Of a stretch of DNA of 64,000 nt, positions 25,801-35,564 are shown piece after piece. The notes below the pieces were generated by a model. That model worked only from the letters and a program-made list of their open reading frames with translations. It ran no database searches and had not been told where the DNA came from. Position numbers and translations under genes: made by a program. Position 1 is the stretch's first letter; every line of letters starts with the position of its first letter. The stretch comes from Candidatus Omnitrophota bacterium (lineage in GTDB: Bacteria > Omnitrophota > Gorgyraeia > 1-14-0-20-64-10). Location: assembly GCA_023248155.1 (NCBI GenBank), contig JAHFFE010000008.1:6515-70514 (forward strand). Reading direction: 5' to 3'.

Positions 25801-28800
25801 ATAATGCGGCCCGGGACATCTTGGGAAGACAGGAACAGCAATTTTTGGAATTAATCCGTATTGCTCATGAAGCCGGGTTGAATGTCGGTTTGCAGCTTGA
25901 TGAAGCCGAGATTGACCGCCTCACCGATCCAAATCAGTCGGTTCGCGCAAAGGAGCGGTTGGAAAAGACCGGCTTGAAAGATCAATCGCACGGATTGGAA
26001 ATCATCCGGCTCATCGTCAAGGCCAACGAAGAGTTCCATTTCCAGCTTGATTTTTTTAACTTGAATCTTAAGAAGGGGTCCGGCGAAAGCCGTGTTCGTG
26101 CGGAGATACAAGCGGCCCGGGAACGGCGCGGCTCTCTGCAGTCCGATATGCAAAAGCTGATGGATATGCTCGATACATTGCTGGTTGAAACCGGAGACCG
26201 TGGTGGCCGTCCCACCGAATGGAACCAATATGCCACCCGTGTTTCAGTCAACAGCGTAACGCCTGATACCGCCCGTGAAATTTTGGAGACAAATCATACG
26301 GGTCTGGTTCAACGAGCCCAGCACCGTTATCCCCAGGCCTTGTTCCTGCAGGGAGGTTCTCTAAACGAAATCATTACCACGCTGAATCAGCGATTTCCGT
26401 CGCTGGTCAATTCTCAGGGTCAGGTCGATCCCCAATTACTGGAGGAGCTGATTCAAAGAATCAGGGTGCCTTCAACCACTGCTTTCCGCGCGGTCTCTGT
26501 TCCGGAAAATCGCATTGCTGAGGTACAACAGTGGGCTTCTACGCTGACCGACGAACAGATTCGCCAGTCTATCCAGAAGAAGGAAGATCGTGTCCGGTTT
26601 TTGCTTGCGGCCAGGGCCTGGGAAATTGGCATGGCTCAGGAACCGGTACTGGCGCGGTATCAAAATCCGATTGATCTGGCCTTTTTGGCAGCCCATGAAA
26701 TTCAGATGAACCGGTTGTTGACCGTCGGAGATACCCATCCGAAAGTAGTGATGCGGTCTTTGCCGACTCAGCAGATTACCGCCAGCGGCCAAGCGGTCAT
26801 TGAAGTGGAAATCAAGAACGAAGGCAATTTGCCGGCTCAATATATGACGATTCTCCATTTAATGGGTGAAACTCCTTCCGGGCGCCCTGCATGGCCGTTG
26901 GATGAGCCCCGTTTGGAGCGGTTTACGAAGGAAGTTATTTTAAAACCGGGCGAATCCCAGCGCGTACGGTTTGTCGTTGATGGAAATATCTTGCGCCAGG
27001 AAGGGCATGTCAACTTCCGCGTGCTGGCGCGCGATGTGAACACGCTCTTGCACAAGCCGGGCCAGGGCCTTGATATGGAAGAAGATGAAGAAGCGTTCGC
27101 CCGCGCCGAAGGAACTTTATATGTCACTCTGCCGCAGCGGTTGAAAGCGATCCCGGACCAAGCCCAGCGCGATGAAGCGATACTTGAAAATTCTTTCCAT
27201 GGGCTTCGACGGAGATTTGAGCGCGCGGAGGCACTGCGCCGCGAGCGGACCGGAGAATCATTTAATGATGCTGCCTATGCCCAGGGATACGGGGAGCGTT
27301 ATATGGAGTATATGGCCGTTTTTGCTCCGTATTACACAATGGGGATCAGAAAGGAAGGGACGGGATCCGGAACAATTCTTCGTTTGACATTCCAGCGCAC
27401 GGCCCAAACGCTTCAGGAACATTTGGAAGATGTGCGATCGGAGCAGCGGCAGCAATTGGAAACAATCGCTTTGCTTCCCGATCAGTCAGAACTTGCTACG
27501 GCCCGATGGCTGCGCAAAGGGCTCGAATATGGCATGAAAGCCGGTTTGGTGGCGTTGGCGATTGCGGCATTCAGAAATGTTCGCAGTTCCGCGCGTCGCG
27601 GGTATGAGGGTGCTGCTTTGGAGCAGTCGTTAAGTACAGGGGGTCTCGGGGATGGAACTCCCGTAGGCCGTTTCAGCCAATTTTTGGACATGAACACCGA
27701 ATGGTCCCATCGCGTTGAAGGAATGGGCGCACGCTGGACTCAGGATAGGGCTGGAAATCATCCGGAACAGGGGAAGGTGGCTCGCGCGATGCGCGCGACC
27801 GGCCGGTTTGTGATCGGCCTTCGCGATGATATTCAGGATCAAGCCATGCCGATCGTATCTCGTCAGCAAAGCCGTTTGGAGTGGATTCAGAAAATAGCTC
27901 CTAAGGTGGTTACCGGTGCTTTAGTCGTCATCGGTTCATTGGCGGCGTTGGGAGCCATCACGCTTCCCGCGGCCGGTATCGCGCTGGCTGTTCTTGTGGC
28001 CGCGGTTGTTCTGCTGGCGGTTCCGGTGATTGGACCCGTTCTTCAGCGGCTTATCTCGGTACTCTTTTTCCTTCCGCTTGATTTGGCCGCATGGGCTCCA
28101 GCTAATGGAGCGCTTCTCATACTGGGCCCGATTATTTTCTTCGCGATGGCTGCCATTGGCTTGTCCTTGATCGGCACCTTGTTGGGTGTCGCTGTAACCG
28201 TATTCTCCTGGCAGAGTATTGCAGTGGTTGCGTTAATATGGGCCGCGTTATGGCTCTACGATGGCGTTGGCCGAAGTCCTTACAGCGCGATCAGCTTTAC
28301 CTGGAGGATTGTGGGTGCTTTGGGAATCGGCGCCGTCGCGGCCGTCGTTGTTTTTGCGCTGACTTATATAATCTCGAACGCTTTGTTGTTCTGGTTTTTA
28401 GTCGGCGTTGTTTTCTTTTGGGCGGTTCGGGCTACCCATATTTTTACTTCCAGTCCGGCTCCGTTAATGGCCTATGCCGAATGGGTCTCTTCTTATCGGT
28501 TCCTGGTTCGGTGGGCAATTACCGGCCTGGTTATTTATGCCGGTGTTATGCTGGCGGCCGCCGCTTCGACGGTCATTATGCCGATATTACTAGGCGCGGT
28601 TCCGGTAACGGGTATTGCCGCTTTAGCAACTTCCGGTTTGGGTGTCATCAGCCTGTTGGTGATCGGAACGGTTTTACTGACCTATCTTCTGGGGTCGCAT
28701 TATCAACTTTATGGAACAGTTCCGTTCTTACGCAACCATCCCATTTTATTGTGGACGGCTCGTGTCGCGACAGCCGCGGCGCTGGCGGCAGCGATACCGT

Positions 28801-31800
28801 GGCTGTTGGGAGCGGTTCCGGCATTCTTTGCCTCGATGTTGCCGGCGTTTATGGCCGGGTTATTGTTGCCGGTTACTCCAACGGTCGGGACCTATGTGAT
28901 GGGTCTGGTTATTTTCGGCCGCGCGGCCGGATTAATCTGGAGAGGAATTGATTACGCGACTTTCAGCCGGCCGGCCAACCAGCCGATCAGTGTTACGATT
29001 TTACGCGCGTTGTTCCATGCCGTGGTGCTGGGTGTGGGTGCTGCCATGCTGCTCCCGCTGGGGCTTTTGGCCATCAAGGGAATCAGCATTGCCGGTGCCG
29101 GCTGGATTGTTTTCTGGTTGATGATCGTTCCTAGCGCGGCGCTCATCCTTGCGGCCCTTTGGGATTGGTCTGCCACGCCCCGTTATTGGCTGCAGGAGCA
29201 ATTTGAGCGGGAACGGGTTCAGCAAGCGCAACTGATCGGCGCGATTCAGGTCTTCGAAGGATCCGGCGCACAGCGGGTTTCTGCGGCTAATCTGCATCAG
29301 ATGGCTTTACCGCAACTGCGCGCGGAGTTTGCAACCATGGCCGCTCAGCCGGGGCAAAATCTTTCTGCCTCGGATCGTACCCGTTTGCTTTCCCGATTCC
29401 GTCTGCGCCAGTCGCCCGACCAGCTTCCGCTGGTGAATCCGGATCTGGTTGTTTTGCAGGCCGCCTGGGCCGATGCTGTAGCGGCTACGCATATTGACTG
29501 GCATCACGGCGTGCCGCAGCTTCCTTCATTTATTTCCGGAAATCAGGCCCCCACGCAGATTCAGCAGATGATTCAGCTGACGCCGGACCAACAGCGGGTA
29601 TTGAACTGGTATTATTGGCGGCATTTGGCCGAACGCGATGCCGATACCGAAGTGCGCCGGCTCAGCACCGAGCAAGGATCCGTCGTCGGATTGGCCGATC
29701 TGTCACTGGCCGATCAGGAACTGGCTGTGACGCCCTACTTCAACTGGTATATGAACCGATTCAAAGATACTATTCTTAACCAGGATGAAGGAACCACTCT
29801 GCGTACTTTGGGCGGCTTTTTGTGGACCTCTGATTTGCAGCATTTGGTTGGCCGGTTCCGCCAGGATGACAGTTTGGCAGTGGTTATGCCCGCGCTTATT
29901 TTGAGTTTGGAATACGCGATGGACGGTCCCTCGGTCATCGGCGGCGCGCAGATCCGTAACGCCAACAGAAATTATGGAGTATTCGGCGTGGTTGTTGTGA
30001 CCGTGGTGATGTGGGCCCAGGTCGCGTTGATGAACATTGCTGTTCCGCTGGGTTTTATCGCTTCGATGGTGAACCGATGGGGCCGGTCAAAGGTTCAGGG
30101 CGGCAATGTGCTGCATACGCTGCGTGCTTCCGCGGACGCCGGCATGGAAGGTTATCAAAAAGCGTTCTGGTATGTAATTTTAGTGCTGGGCCGCTGGCTG
30201 CAGGGTCTGCTCTTTACCTTGATGGAAGTGTATCTGGGCCGATGGGTCGGCCGGCGCGATCTTGAAGAGTATCAGGCCACCCGTGTTTTTGAAGGATCGG
30301 CTGATGGCGATGGAACACTCTCGAACCGGGTTCGTACACTTCTGCATGAAAACACACTTAATTCACTGGTCGAGGCGCATTACGCCGGTTTGATTGGCGA
30401 AGACAACTCACTATTCGATATGGGTCGGTTCGCGTTTCCTTCTCAAATGCGAAATGTTCCCTGGCAATTAAGAGGGGATGGTCCCGGCATTCAGGATGCC
30501 GAAGCGTTTGGTGACCGTTCCAACAACCAGCAACTGCCCGGTACCATTGAATGGCGTACCGAGGGCGGTATTGGCGGCGGACATGCCCGCGTGGCGGTCC
30601 GTTTTGAAATTATCGACAGCATCGATTTATCCGGCGCCGGATTAGAGGAAAGTAAAGTAGGTACCCAATCAAAACTGGTTTTGGAGCGGCTGGCTGACGG
30701 TACCGTTCGTATCCGTAAACAGGGTGAATCCCTGCGATATCTGGTCCGCTTAAATAAGGATCAGAAAGCGTCGCTGGATCAGCGGTTGGCGCAGAACAGC
30801 AATAACTGGAAAGCTACGGCCCGCTTTTTTGAAACCGAAAGAGATGCCGCCATTGATCAACTAAAAGCGCGGCAACGAGAGGTTAGGAATCTGGAAAGGG
30901 CAGGCGCTCCTGATATTCAAATCAGAATTGCCAAAGATGCGGTAGAAGCAGCTAACAAACAAGTGAAATTTGTCTCGCCTATTGCGGACGGTCTTATTTC
31001 GGAGAACGGCCGGTATCTCTATGCTTTTCAAGATGGATCTGTGACGCGTGTTTTTGTAAATGGACAAGATCAGGAAACGCTATTGACGAAAAACCGGCAA
31101 CGCCGACTTTCCACCGAGCCGGGTAAAGTCTATGTTCAAGCACCCACCGGACGCACCAAGGGTGAAAATGCCGGTGCTGGCCTTGCGTATGCCATCGGTT
31201 TGGTGGAGCCGCGCCTGCAATTAACGCGGGACGGCAATTCCTACCGCGTCAATCTGCCGTTTAGAACGATGGAGGAGGAGCTTTTCCCGGAATTGGGCGA
31301 GGCGCGGCATGAAATCCAGGATCATGGGGATCGCCAGCACGGCGTGCGCGCTCATCAGGGTGTTGAAGCGGCACGGGTTTTAAATCAGGAAAACGATGAG
31401 CGTCTGCGCAGGCATCGCGGCATCGAGTCGTCGATTTCCGCGCTTCCTCAAGGTGAGTTTGGGCATCACCAGGTGCGCGACCGTATCGGGCAACGCGGGC
31501 AATGGCTTTTAAACGCCGCGGCTACATTGCTGCGTTGGGAGCGCGATCGTGATCTTGATGAAAACAATTACCGGTCTGGGTTAAATCCGCTTCGCTGGAG
31601 TTTTAAGAAAATCGCGTTGTTAATCGTCCAGGTAGCAGCTTTCAGTGCCGTGCTTTGGCTGGTTTTGAACGGTATGGTTGCTTTAACCTCTCTTCAGGTG
31701 ATTGCCGGGGTATTGTTTGGCATCACGTTGCTGGCTACCCAGTTTAACTGGTGGTGGACGCTCAAAATTATTGCTGGTTTCACGGCGCTTTATTTCGCAT

Positions 31801-34800
31801 GGCCCTGGGGATTGGCAATGGCGATTACCGGGCCTACCTTTGCCGCCTTTTTGTGGGGCTACATCAAGCCGATCTCATTTATCGGAAATGTTCAGCATAA
31901 TCGTATTCAGGGTATGCGCGGGCATTACCAATCTGAGATGATCGAGTCGGCATTTGACCGGCTTGAAGCACGGATAGGCTTGGCGCAGATGGGCCCGGTG
32001 CTGGATGCTTCTCAACAGCAGTACGACGCTCAACTGCGTGACGGTTTGGCGCTGATCCAGCAGACCCCGGCACTGCAGACTTTGGCTGAACTCTATCACC
32101 GCGTGATTGGTCCGGAAGAGCTGACTGTTCAGCGGCCCTGGTGGAATCTACTGCGGTATATTCCAATCCCAGGATTTCCACGGCGCCCGATAACCAATAT
32201 ACCGTTTCTGCGGGGCGTAATGCAGGTGGAGCCCACTTTGCGGCGGGTTATCCGGCAGGTAGAAACAGGGCCTTCTGCAGGGCAGGAAGAGTCGGGCGGC
32301 CCAGGTAGTCGTACCGCGGCTCTTGCCGATATCGAACGGCTTTTGGTTCGCGAGATGCGCGATTTTTCGCCGGCTCAGCGGCGCGCTGTTTTTGAAGCGC
32401 TTCGCTGGAACACTGCGTTGCAATTCGCGGCGATTGGCAACCGGGCTATTTCCGATCAATATTCCCGCAGCCGTGATCCGGAAGTAACGCGCATGGGCGA
32501 TGTTAACTCACAGTTCGGCGTGGAAGGGCAGGATCGTTTAACCCGGTTGCAGGCCCAGCAGCAGTTACTGAACGGCCAGTTAATTCAAACGGCCTATCCA
32601 TTTGCGGGCAACCGCTCCTGGACGCGCAGTTCCGACGCGGCCATTTATGGCGGTATTCCGGCACCCTCTTTGACCTACAGTGGCTCATCCAATAATCTGT
32701 TGAATGCGCTGGCACGGGGCGCCCAAAATGGCGGTTTTATTATTGAACGAATGGCAATCAATTCGACGGCCAATGGGGATGTTCTTTATATCGATTCCGC
32801 TCTCTTGGCTAATGATTACGGAAATACAAGCGGCATTGACAAAGGCCGCGGCCTTTTAATTCTGGTCCATGAGGCGGGGCTTATTACCGACGAACAGTAT
32901 GAAACAATGTCCAGCCGTTTGAGCGATATTCAGTTTCAAGGCGGGAATGTGGGTGCCGCGCTTAACACATTTTTAAGAAATGGTTCTGATTTAGCGGGAA
33001 TTGTGGTGGTCGGCACTACCTGGACCTATAATCGCGACAGAGCAACCCAGTGGAAGCCGGAATTAAAGGTCTCCGGTGATTTTAAATATACAGCCCCGTC
33101 TGCCGGTGCAACAGAGCAGCAGAAGCAGGAACAGAAGATCAAAGACGAAGCAGCCCTCAATGAGATTTTTGATAAAGCGTCTCAATCAATTCGCCGGATT
33201 AATCCGCTGCGGGCCGCACTGGATCAGAAATCGGCCGGTCAGACGCTGTCCAATTATCTTCTGGAGAACACCTCGCTTCAGCCCGATCTTGAAGTTTTGC
33301 AGTCTGATTTGAACGCGCAGAGTGAAGAGCTGAATTCAGTAATCAACACCGAGATTTCCGCAGAACAGCTTAATCAATACTATGATGACCGGCAGGCGCG
33401 CGAGGGCGACCGGGAAGTTTTTCGGATCACAGCGCAGAATGTGAATTGGCGGGCGATCGGTTTTTCGGGCAATACGCTGCAGGAAGCGCTGGCCGAATTG
33501 CGGCAATCGATCGCGCACGATGGGACGATTTCTTTGACGCCGCGCCGCAATCTGCTGACCTGGGCAATGGATCTGTTTAATTTGCGAAATCAATCGTACA
33601 GCCGTGAAGTGGTACTGCTGCAGTTGTTGTTTGGCGCCAACCAAGATCAGCTGTTGATGCGCGGCGGCCGCGTGGTTGGTTTGCGCTGGAGCAACCTCGA
33701 CAGCCATTTTGATGCCTCGCAATGGCAGTTTGCCGTCGGACCGTATCTCTGGCCCGGCAGCACGATGGGACGCGTCGCTCTCTGGATGCGGCGCGGCAGA
33801 ATGCATCAGGCGCCGCCGATTCCATTTTTGGAAGCGGTCCGGTTGCTGGAAATGTCTCCCAACGCGGCGGTGGCTTCCGGCTTTAACCGGCTTCCGACCG
33901 ATGCGTTCAGTTTGCCTCAGTTGCTGACCGAGGACGGCCGGCATGGATCGCTGAACCGGTTAACACCGACGCTGAACCCGACGATGAACGCCTGGAATAT
34001 GCACAAAATTCCGTTTATGCAGCTTCAACTGTTGCTGCGCAAAGGGGACAAATCGACCCAGCGTGCCGTGCAATATTTTGCCGGTCTGGCGATTGAACAG
34101 TCATTTCAGCATTTGTTTGATCATCCGTTATTTGCCGGCGTTCACCCCGATTATTTAAATCATCTCTCCAATACGATGAGACAAACATTCGGTTTGCAGG
34201 CAGTCTTGCGCGATGAAGTTTCCACGGCCGGCGCGCATGGCGCCGGAACATTCTCTTACGGTCTGACCGGCTATACCGGCTCCCGCCTCTCCGGTATTCG
34301 GGTGGGGCCGTATCCGCCGGGGCATGTGGCGGCCTACTGGATTTATCGCGAATATCAGGCGCTTGACGAACAGTGGAATGGTTTATTTAATGCAACCACC
34401 CGCCAGCTGCAGCGCGAGGCTGTTTTTGCGCGTACCAACAGTCCGGTTCCGCCCGATTCCTCCGCCGATAGTGTCCCGTTGATTTATCAGGGAGATGTGG
34501 TGGATCCATGGACTGTCTTGGCAACGGCCGGGGCTCAAATCGAACAGACTCGGCGTGCTTCGCGCAGCCCGCATACGCCGGCTGAGAATCCGTTGTTGCT
34601 GGGTCCGTTGGTCAGTCCTGAAGGCCGTTCGAATGCCATTGAAGAAGCCGCGCGACAAGTCAGAGCATCGCTGGCGCAGCCGGTAACCGCGGCGACGGTT
34701 GGAACAATTCGTCTGGCTGAAGAACCGCCGCCAGCTCCTGTGGTTCCGATGACGGGTACTCTTCCGTCGGAATCCGGCCTGGAAGAGCAGACAGCCGTCC

Positions 34801-35396
34801 AGCTGTTTGTTCCGTCTACAGTCACCGCATTACCATCTGAGCTGGTAACAGTGACGGTGGCTCCTGAGACGGTGGCGGAATTGTCCACGAGCACAACCAT
34901 TACCACAGCGCCGTCCTCGACAAGCGTCACCGTGACGGCTCCGGTTGGAACTTTCCAGCCGGGACTGTTTGACAGCTTAAAAGCTTTGTCTGAAATTCGT
35001 GTCGCGGTGATTTCGGCCGAGACCGCGTTGAATTATCCGGAGTTGTCAGGTATTGCCGGAAAATTAAAGCAAATCCGAAACACGAATGCCTACCTGCTGG
35101 TTTTGCCGAATGATCCGAAGCAGTTGGAAGACGCGTTGATGGAACTGATGGAAAAATCCGAGGTCATTGTTCAAAGCTATGGCTCAGCGGACGATTTGTC
35201 GCTGAAAGATTTTAGAGATGCGGTTAGTCCGTTCTCCTCGATTCATTTAGGGAATCCTCAGCCGGTGAATGGCTCCTTCCCGATAGTGTTGAGCCAAATC
35301 TTGGGCGCTCTGGCCGGTATTGCTCCGGAATCGGTTACCGAAGCCGAGCTGGCTGGCGTCGAAGAAGCTGTTTTTGGTACGCTGACCAGCGCGTAA
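22899..35396 (+). CDS. Giant GxEE-family membrane protein (4,165 aa): Sec signal, GGLEE leader, internal Tat-like signal, two glycosidase-like TIM barrels, Ig/CARDB-like domain, multi-TM block, GT2-like motifs, C-terminal tail
   Basis: Uninterrupted ORF with G-rich RBS before the ATG; hydrophobic signal ending VFA; motifs GGLEE 23142, AGKEE 23298, AGLEE 30636, AGQEE 32277, SGLEE 34773, AGVEE 35352; >12 TM helices at ~27500-29170. Confidence 0.92.
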   Translation: MIVRFNRKTGQSSEGTPVPGEGVLLPVQRPRLRPVLRSVAAVTLAAFTITSIVPSVFAQTVHSKETLRPVQEAEGNNKEKVGGLEERLRASGSEPISADPVLLTPTPSVSAGGQGDGLATTTNFWVNRSGSPIAGKEEDSAVRVDRRTALAAGLLGTAAVATALTAPVSLPAQDVTPPQPKVVAAAPKAAAKPAPRPVLVEQITSNLVQNDKGQIQLETVSRGTRSDRVIAPPTKESRHPMIAAVQAVKATLTRGQELVRSFLTGPSEVIRWFAVKNHARSIIPKNHPNVILSLNDFRPFIDQGPERVAVVLKAIGAAAKAQGSKVSIALDIGAFVDNRDFSDLKTPISANTTRDYLVPFVTEAKRQDIKVLPYSSDRGVMLDIGSYKRELQDALQMGFDREAIVTDWEWWASPPGVENLWETLTLNKQDDAKAQLALEWLKAHQQLLTSVISDKEIPVTAKPTQIYALVNQDFAQVLIKALDGKPLPSRFHLVVMAYNTPRGKEAEFVQAAQKSSADLTGQKASGYALNFERDASPDQSLNGLAVEGKVGETVQQIAAQAKTGGEPLFMHIPSHRDLTSLMETGKMVPVLPADQVELAQTTAIALGKMVLGGTPKSPEIIRRYLPRPEDTATVTNRIAVEPVTHGIGFGTTGVGTVGAVGRNVEAWMGKGVWWFLDPDTFILGPEAGLTVSAMKKIVGTLVRGELETVSMELIVTPLGEDGRPSGPALPPISVMGVPDPTRELKGARYDAQLRVKLRRPGERLAQNPESWPLINASIEAEVALGYPGYGRTPLTVSEAIHIPPGRGNETAEVTIPLGEITPTISFFILRSRDSQEKITGWYGPVNPMYMSQFTDYLLDQKYKTKWAHLETVCADPNTSAQLLAEATEEMNRMGGHVTALQLAVDHRGDLMVPVSVEEYKDAASMRAQFQSLREHGVTHISVRVPEIEQNADKYLVQYAEKDIWGVDYNAARDILGRQEQQFLELIRIAHEAGLNVGLQLDEAEIDRLTDPNQSVRAKERLEKTGLKDQSHGLEIIRLIVKANEEFHFQLDFFNLNLKKGSGESRVRAEIQAARERRGSLQSDMQKLMDMLDTLLVETGDRGGRPTEWNQYATRVSVNSVTPDTAREILETNHTGLVQRAQHRYPQALFLQGGSLNEIITTLNQRFPSLVNSQGQVDPQLLEELIQRIRVPSTTAFRAVSVPENRIAEVQQWASTLTDEQIRQSIQKKEDRVRFLLAARAWEIGMAQEPVLARYQNPIDLAFLAAHEIQMNRLLTVGDTHPKVVMRSLPTQQITASGQAVIEVEIKNEGNLPAQYMTILHLMGETPSGRPAWPLDEPRLERFTKEVILKPGESQRVRFVVDGNILRQEGHVNFRVLARDVNTLLHKPGQGLDMEEDEEAFARAEGTLYVTLPQRLKAIPDQAQRDEAILENSFHGLRRRFERAEALRRERTGESFNDAAYAQGYGERYMEYMAVFAPYYTMGIRKEGTGSGTILRLTFQRTAQTLQEHLEDVRSEQRQQLETIALLPDQSELATARWLRKGLEYGMKAGLVALAIAAFRNVRSSARRGYEGAALEQSLSTGGLGDGTPVGRFSQFLDMNTEWSHRVEGMGARWTQDRAGNHPEQGKVARAMRATGRFVIGLRDDIQDQAMPIVSRQQSRLEWIQKIAPKVVTGALVVIGSLAALGAITLPAAGIALAVLVAAVVLLAVPVIGPVLQRLISVLFFLPLDLAAWAPANGALLILGPIIFFAMAAIGLSLIGTLLGVAVTVFSWQSIAVVALIWAALWLYDGVGRSPYSAISFTWRIVGALGIGAVAAVVVFALTYIISNALLFWFLVGVVFFWAVRATHIFTSSPAPLMAYAEWVSSYRFLVRWAITGLVIYAGVMLAAAASTVIMPILLGAVPVTGIAALATSGLGVISLLVIGTVLLTYLLGSHYQLYGTVPFLRNHPILLWTARVATAAALAAAIPWLLGAVPAFFASMLPAFMAGLLLPVTPTVGTYVMGLVIFGRAAGLIWRGIDYATFSRPANQPISVTILRALFHAVVLGVGAAMLLPLGLLAIKGISIAGAGWIVFWLMIVPSAALILAALWDWSATPRYWLQEQFERERVQQAQLIGAIQVFEGSGAQRVSAANLHQMALPQLRAEFATMAAQPGQNLSASDRTRLLSRFRLRQSPDQLPLVNPDLVVLQAAWADAVAATHIDWHHGVPQLPSFISGNQAPTQIQQMIQLTPDQQRVLNWYYWRHLAERDADTEVRRLSTEQGSVVGLADLSLADQELAVTPYFNWYMNRFKDTILNQDEGTTLRTLGGFLWTSDLQHLVGRFRQDDSLAVVMPALILSLEYAMDGPSVIGGAQIRNANRNYGVFGVVVVTVVMWAQVALMNIAVPLGFIASMVNRWGRSKVQGGNVLHTLRASADAGMEGYQKAFWYVILVLGRWLQGLLFTLMEVYLGRWVGRRDLEEYQATRVFEGSADGDGTLSNRVRTLLHENTLNSLVEAHYAGLIGEDNSLFDMGRFAFPSQMRNVPWQLRGDGPGIQDAEAFGDRSNNQQLPGTIEWRTEGGIGGGHARVAVRFEIIDSIDLSGAGLEESKVGTQSKLVLERLADGTVRIRKQGESLRYLVRLNKDQKASLDQRLAQNSNNWKATARFFETERDAAIDQLKARQREVRNLERAGAPDIQIRIAKDAVEAANKQVKFVSPIADGLISENGRYLYAFQDGSVTRVFVNGQDQETLLTKNRQRRLSTEPGKVYVQAPTGRTKGENAGAGLAYAIGLVEPRLQLTRDGNSYRVNLPFRTMEEELFPELGEARHEIQDHGDRQHGVRAHQGVEAARVLNQENDERLRRHRGIESSISALPQGEFGHHQVRDRIGQRGQWLLNAAATLLRWERDRDLDENNYRSGLNPLRWSFKKIALLIVQVAAFSAVLWLVLNGMVALTSLQVIAGVLFGITLLATQFNWWWTLKIIAGFTALYFAWPWGLAMAITGPTFAAFLWGYIKPISFIGNVQHNRIQGMRGHYQSEMIESAFDRLEARIGLAQMGPVLDASQQQYDAQLRDGLALIQQTPALQTLAELYHRVIGPEELTVQRPWWNLLRYIPIPGFPRRPITNIPFLRGVMQVEPTLRRVIRQVETGPSAGQEESGGPGSRTAALADIERLLVREMRDFSPAQRRAVFEALRWNTALQFAAIGNRAISDQYSRSRDPEVTRMGDVNSQFGVEGQDRLTRLQAQQQLLNGQLIQTAYPFAGNRSWTRSSDAAIYGGIPAPSLTYSGSSNNLLNALARGAQNGGFIIERMAINSTANGDVLYIDSALLANDYGNTSGIDKGRGLLILVHEAGLITDEQYETMSSRLSDIQFQGGNVGAALNTFLRNGSDLAGIVVVGTTWTYNRDRATQWKPELKVSGDFKYTAPSAGATEQQKQEQKIKDEAALNEIFDKASQSIRRINPLRAALDQKSAGQTLSNYLLENTSLQPDLEVLQSDLNAQSEELNSVINTEISAEQLNQYYDDRQAREGDREVFRITAQNVNWRAIGFSGNTLQEALAELRQSIAHDGTISLTPRRNLLTWAMDLFNLRNQSYSREVVLLQLLFGANQDQLLMRGGRVVGLRWSNLDSHFDASQWQFAVGPYLWPGSTMGRVALWMRRGRMHQAPPIPFLEAVRLLEMSPNAAVASGFNRLPTDAFSLPQLLTEDGRHGSLNRLTPTLNPTMNAWNMHKIPFMQLQLLLRKGDKSTQRAVQYFAGLAIEQSFQHLFDHPLFAGVHPDYLNHLSNTMRQTFGLQAVLRDEVSTAGAHGAGTFSYGLTGYTGSRLSGIRVGPYPPGHVAAYWIYREYQALDEQWNGLFNATTRQLQREAVFARTNSPVPPDSSADSVPLIYQGDVVDPWTVLATAGAQIEQTRRASRSPHTPAENPLLLGPLVSPEGRSNAIEEAARQVRASLAQPVTAATVGTIRLAEEPPPAPVVPMTGTLPSESGLEEQTAVQLFVPSTVTALPSELVTVTVAPETVAELSTSTTITTAPSSTSVTVTAPVGTFQPGLFDSLKALSEIRVAVISAETALNYPELSGIAGKLKQIRNTNAYLLVLPNDPKQLEDALMELMEKSEVIVQSYGSADDLSLKDFRDAVSPFSSIHLGNPQPVNGSFPIVLSQILGALAGIAPESVTEAELAGVEEAVFGTLTSA

Positions 35397-35435
35397 AAAG
35401 AATTTTTCCTCAAAAAATTTTCCATCCGGTTTTTC

Positions 35436-35528
35436 TCGCCAGTTGTTTGCTTTCACGCTATAATAAATAAACAAGAACCTGACCCTCATCTCGTCGGCCA
35501 GGAGTACAATCGGCTGCCGGGGTGGGGG
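35436..35528 (+). promoter_or_regulatory. Sigma70-like promoter (TATAAT) followed by a long G.U-rich leader hairpin
   Basis: TATAAT at 35459-35464 in an AT-rich intergenic region; CCTCATCTCGTCGGCC pairs with GGCTGCCGGGGTGGGG (35484-35527), 15 of 16 bp including 4 G.U. Confidence 0.55.
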
Positions 35529-35564
35529 AATTTCTTCCGGCGCTTTTAAAACAGATTGCGATTG

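Noticed and set aside
32860-32900. LVHEAGL as a zinc metalloprotease site
   Set aside because: The second His of HExxH is absent and nothing else supports it.
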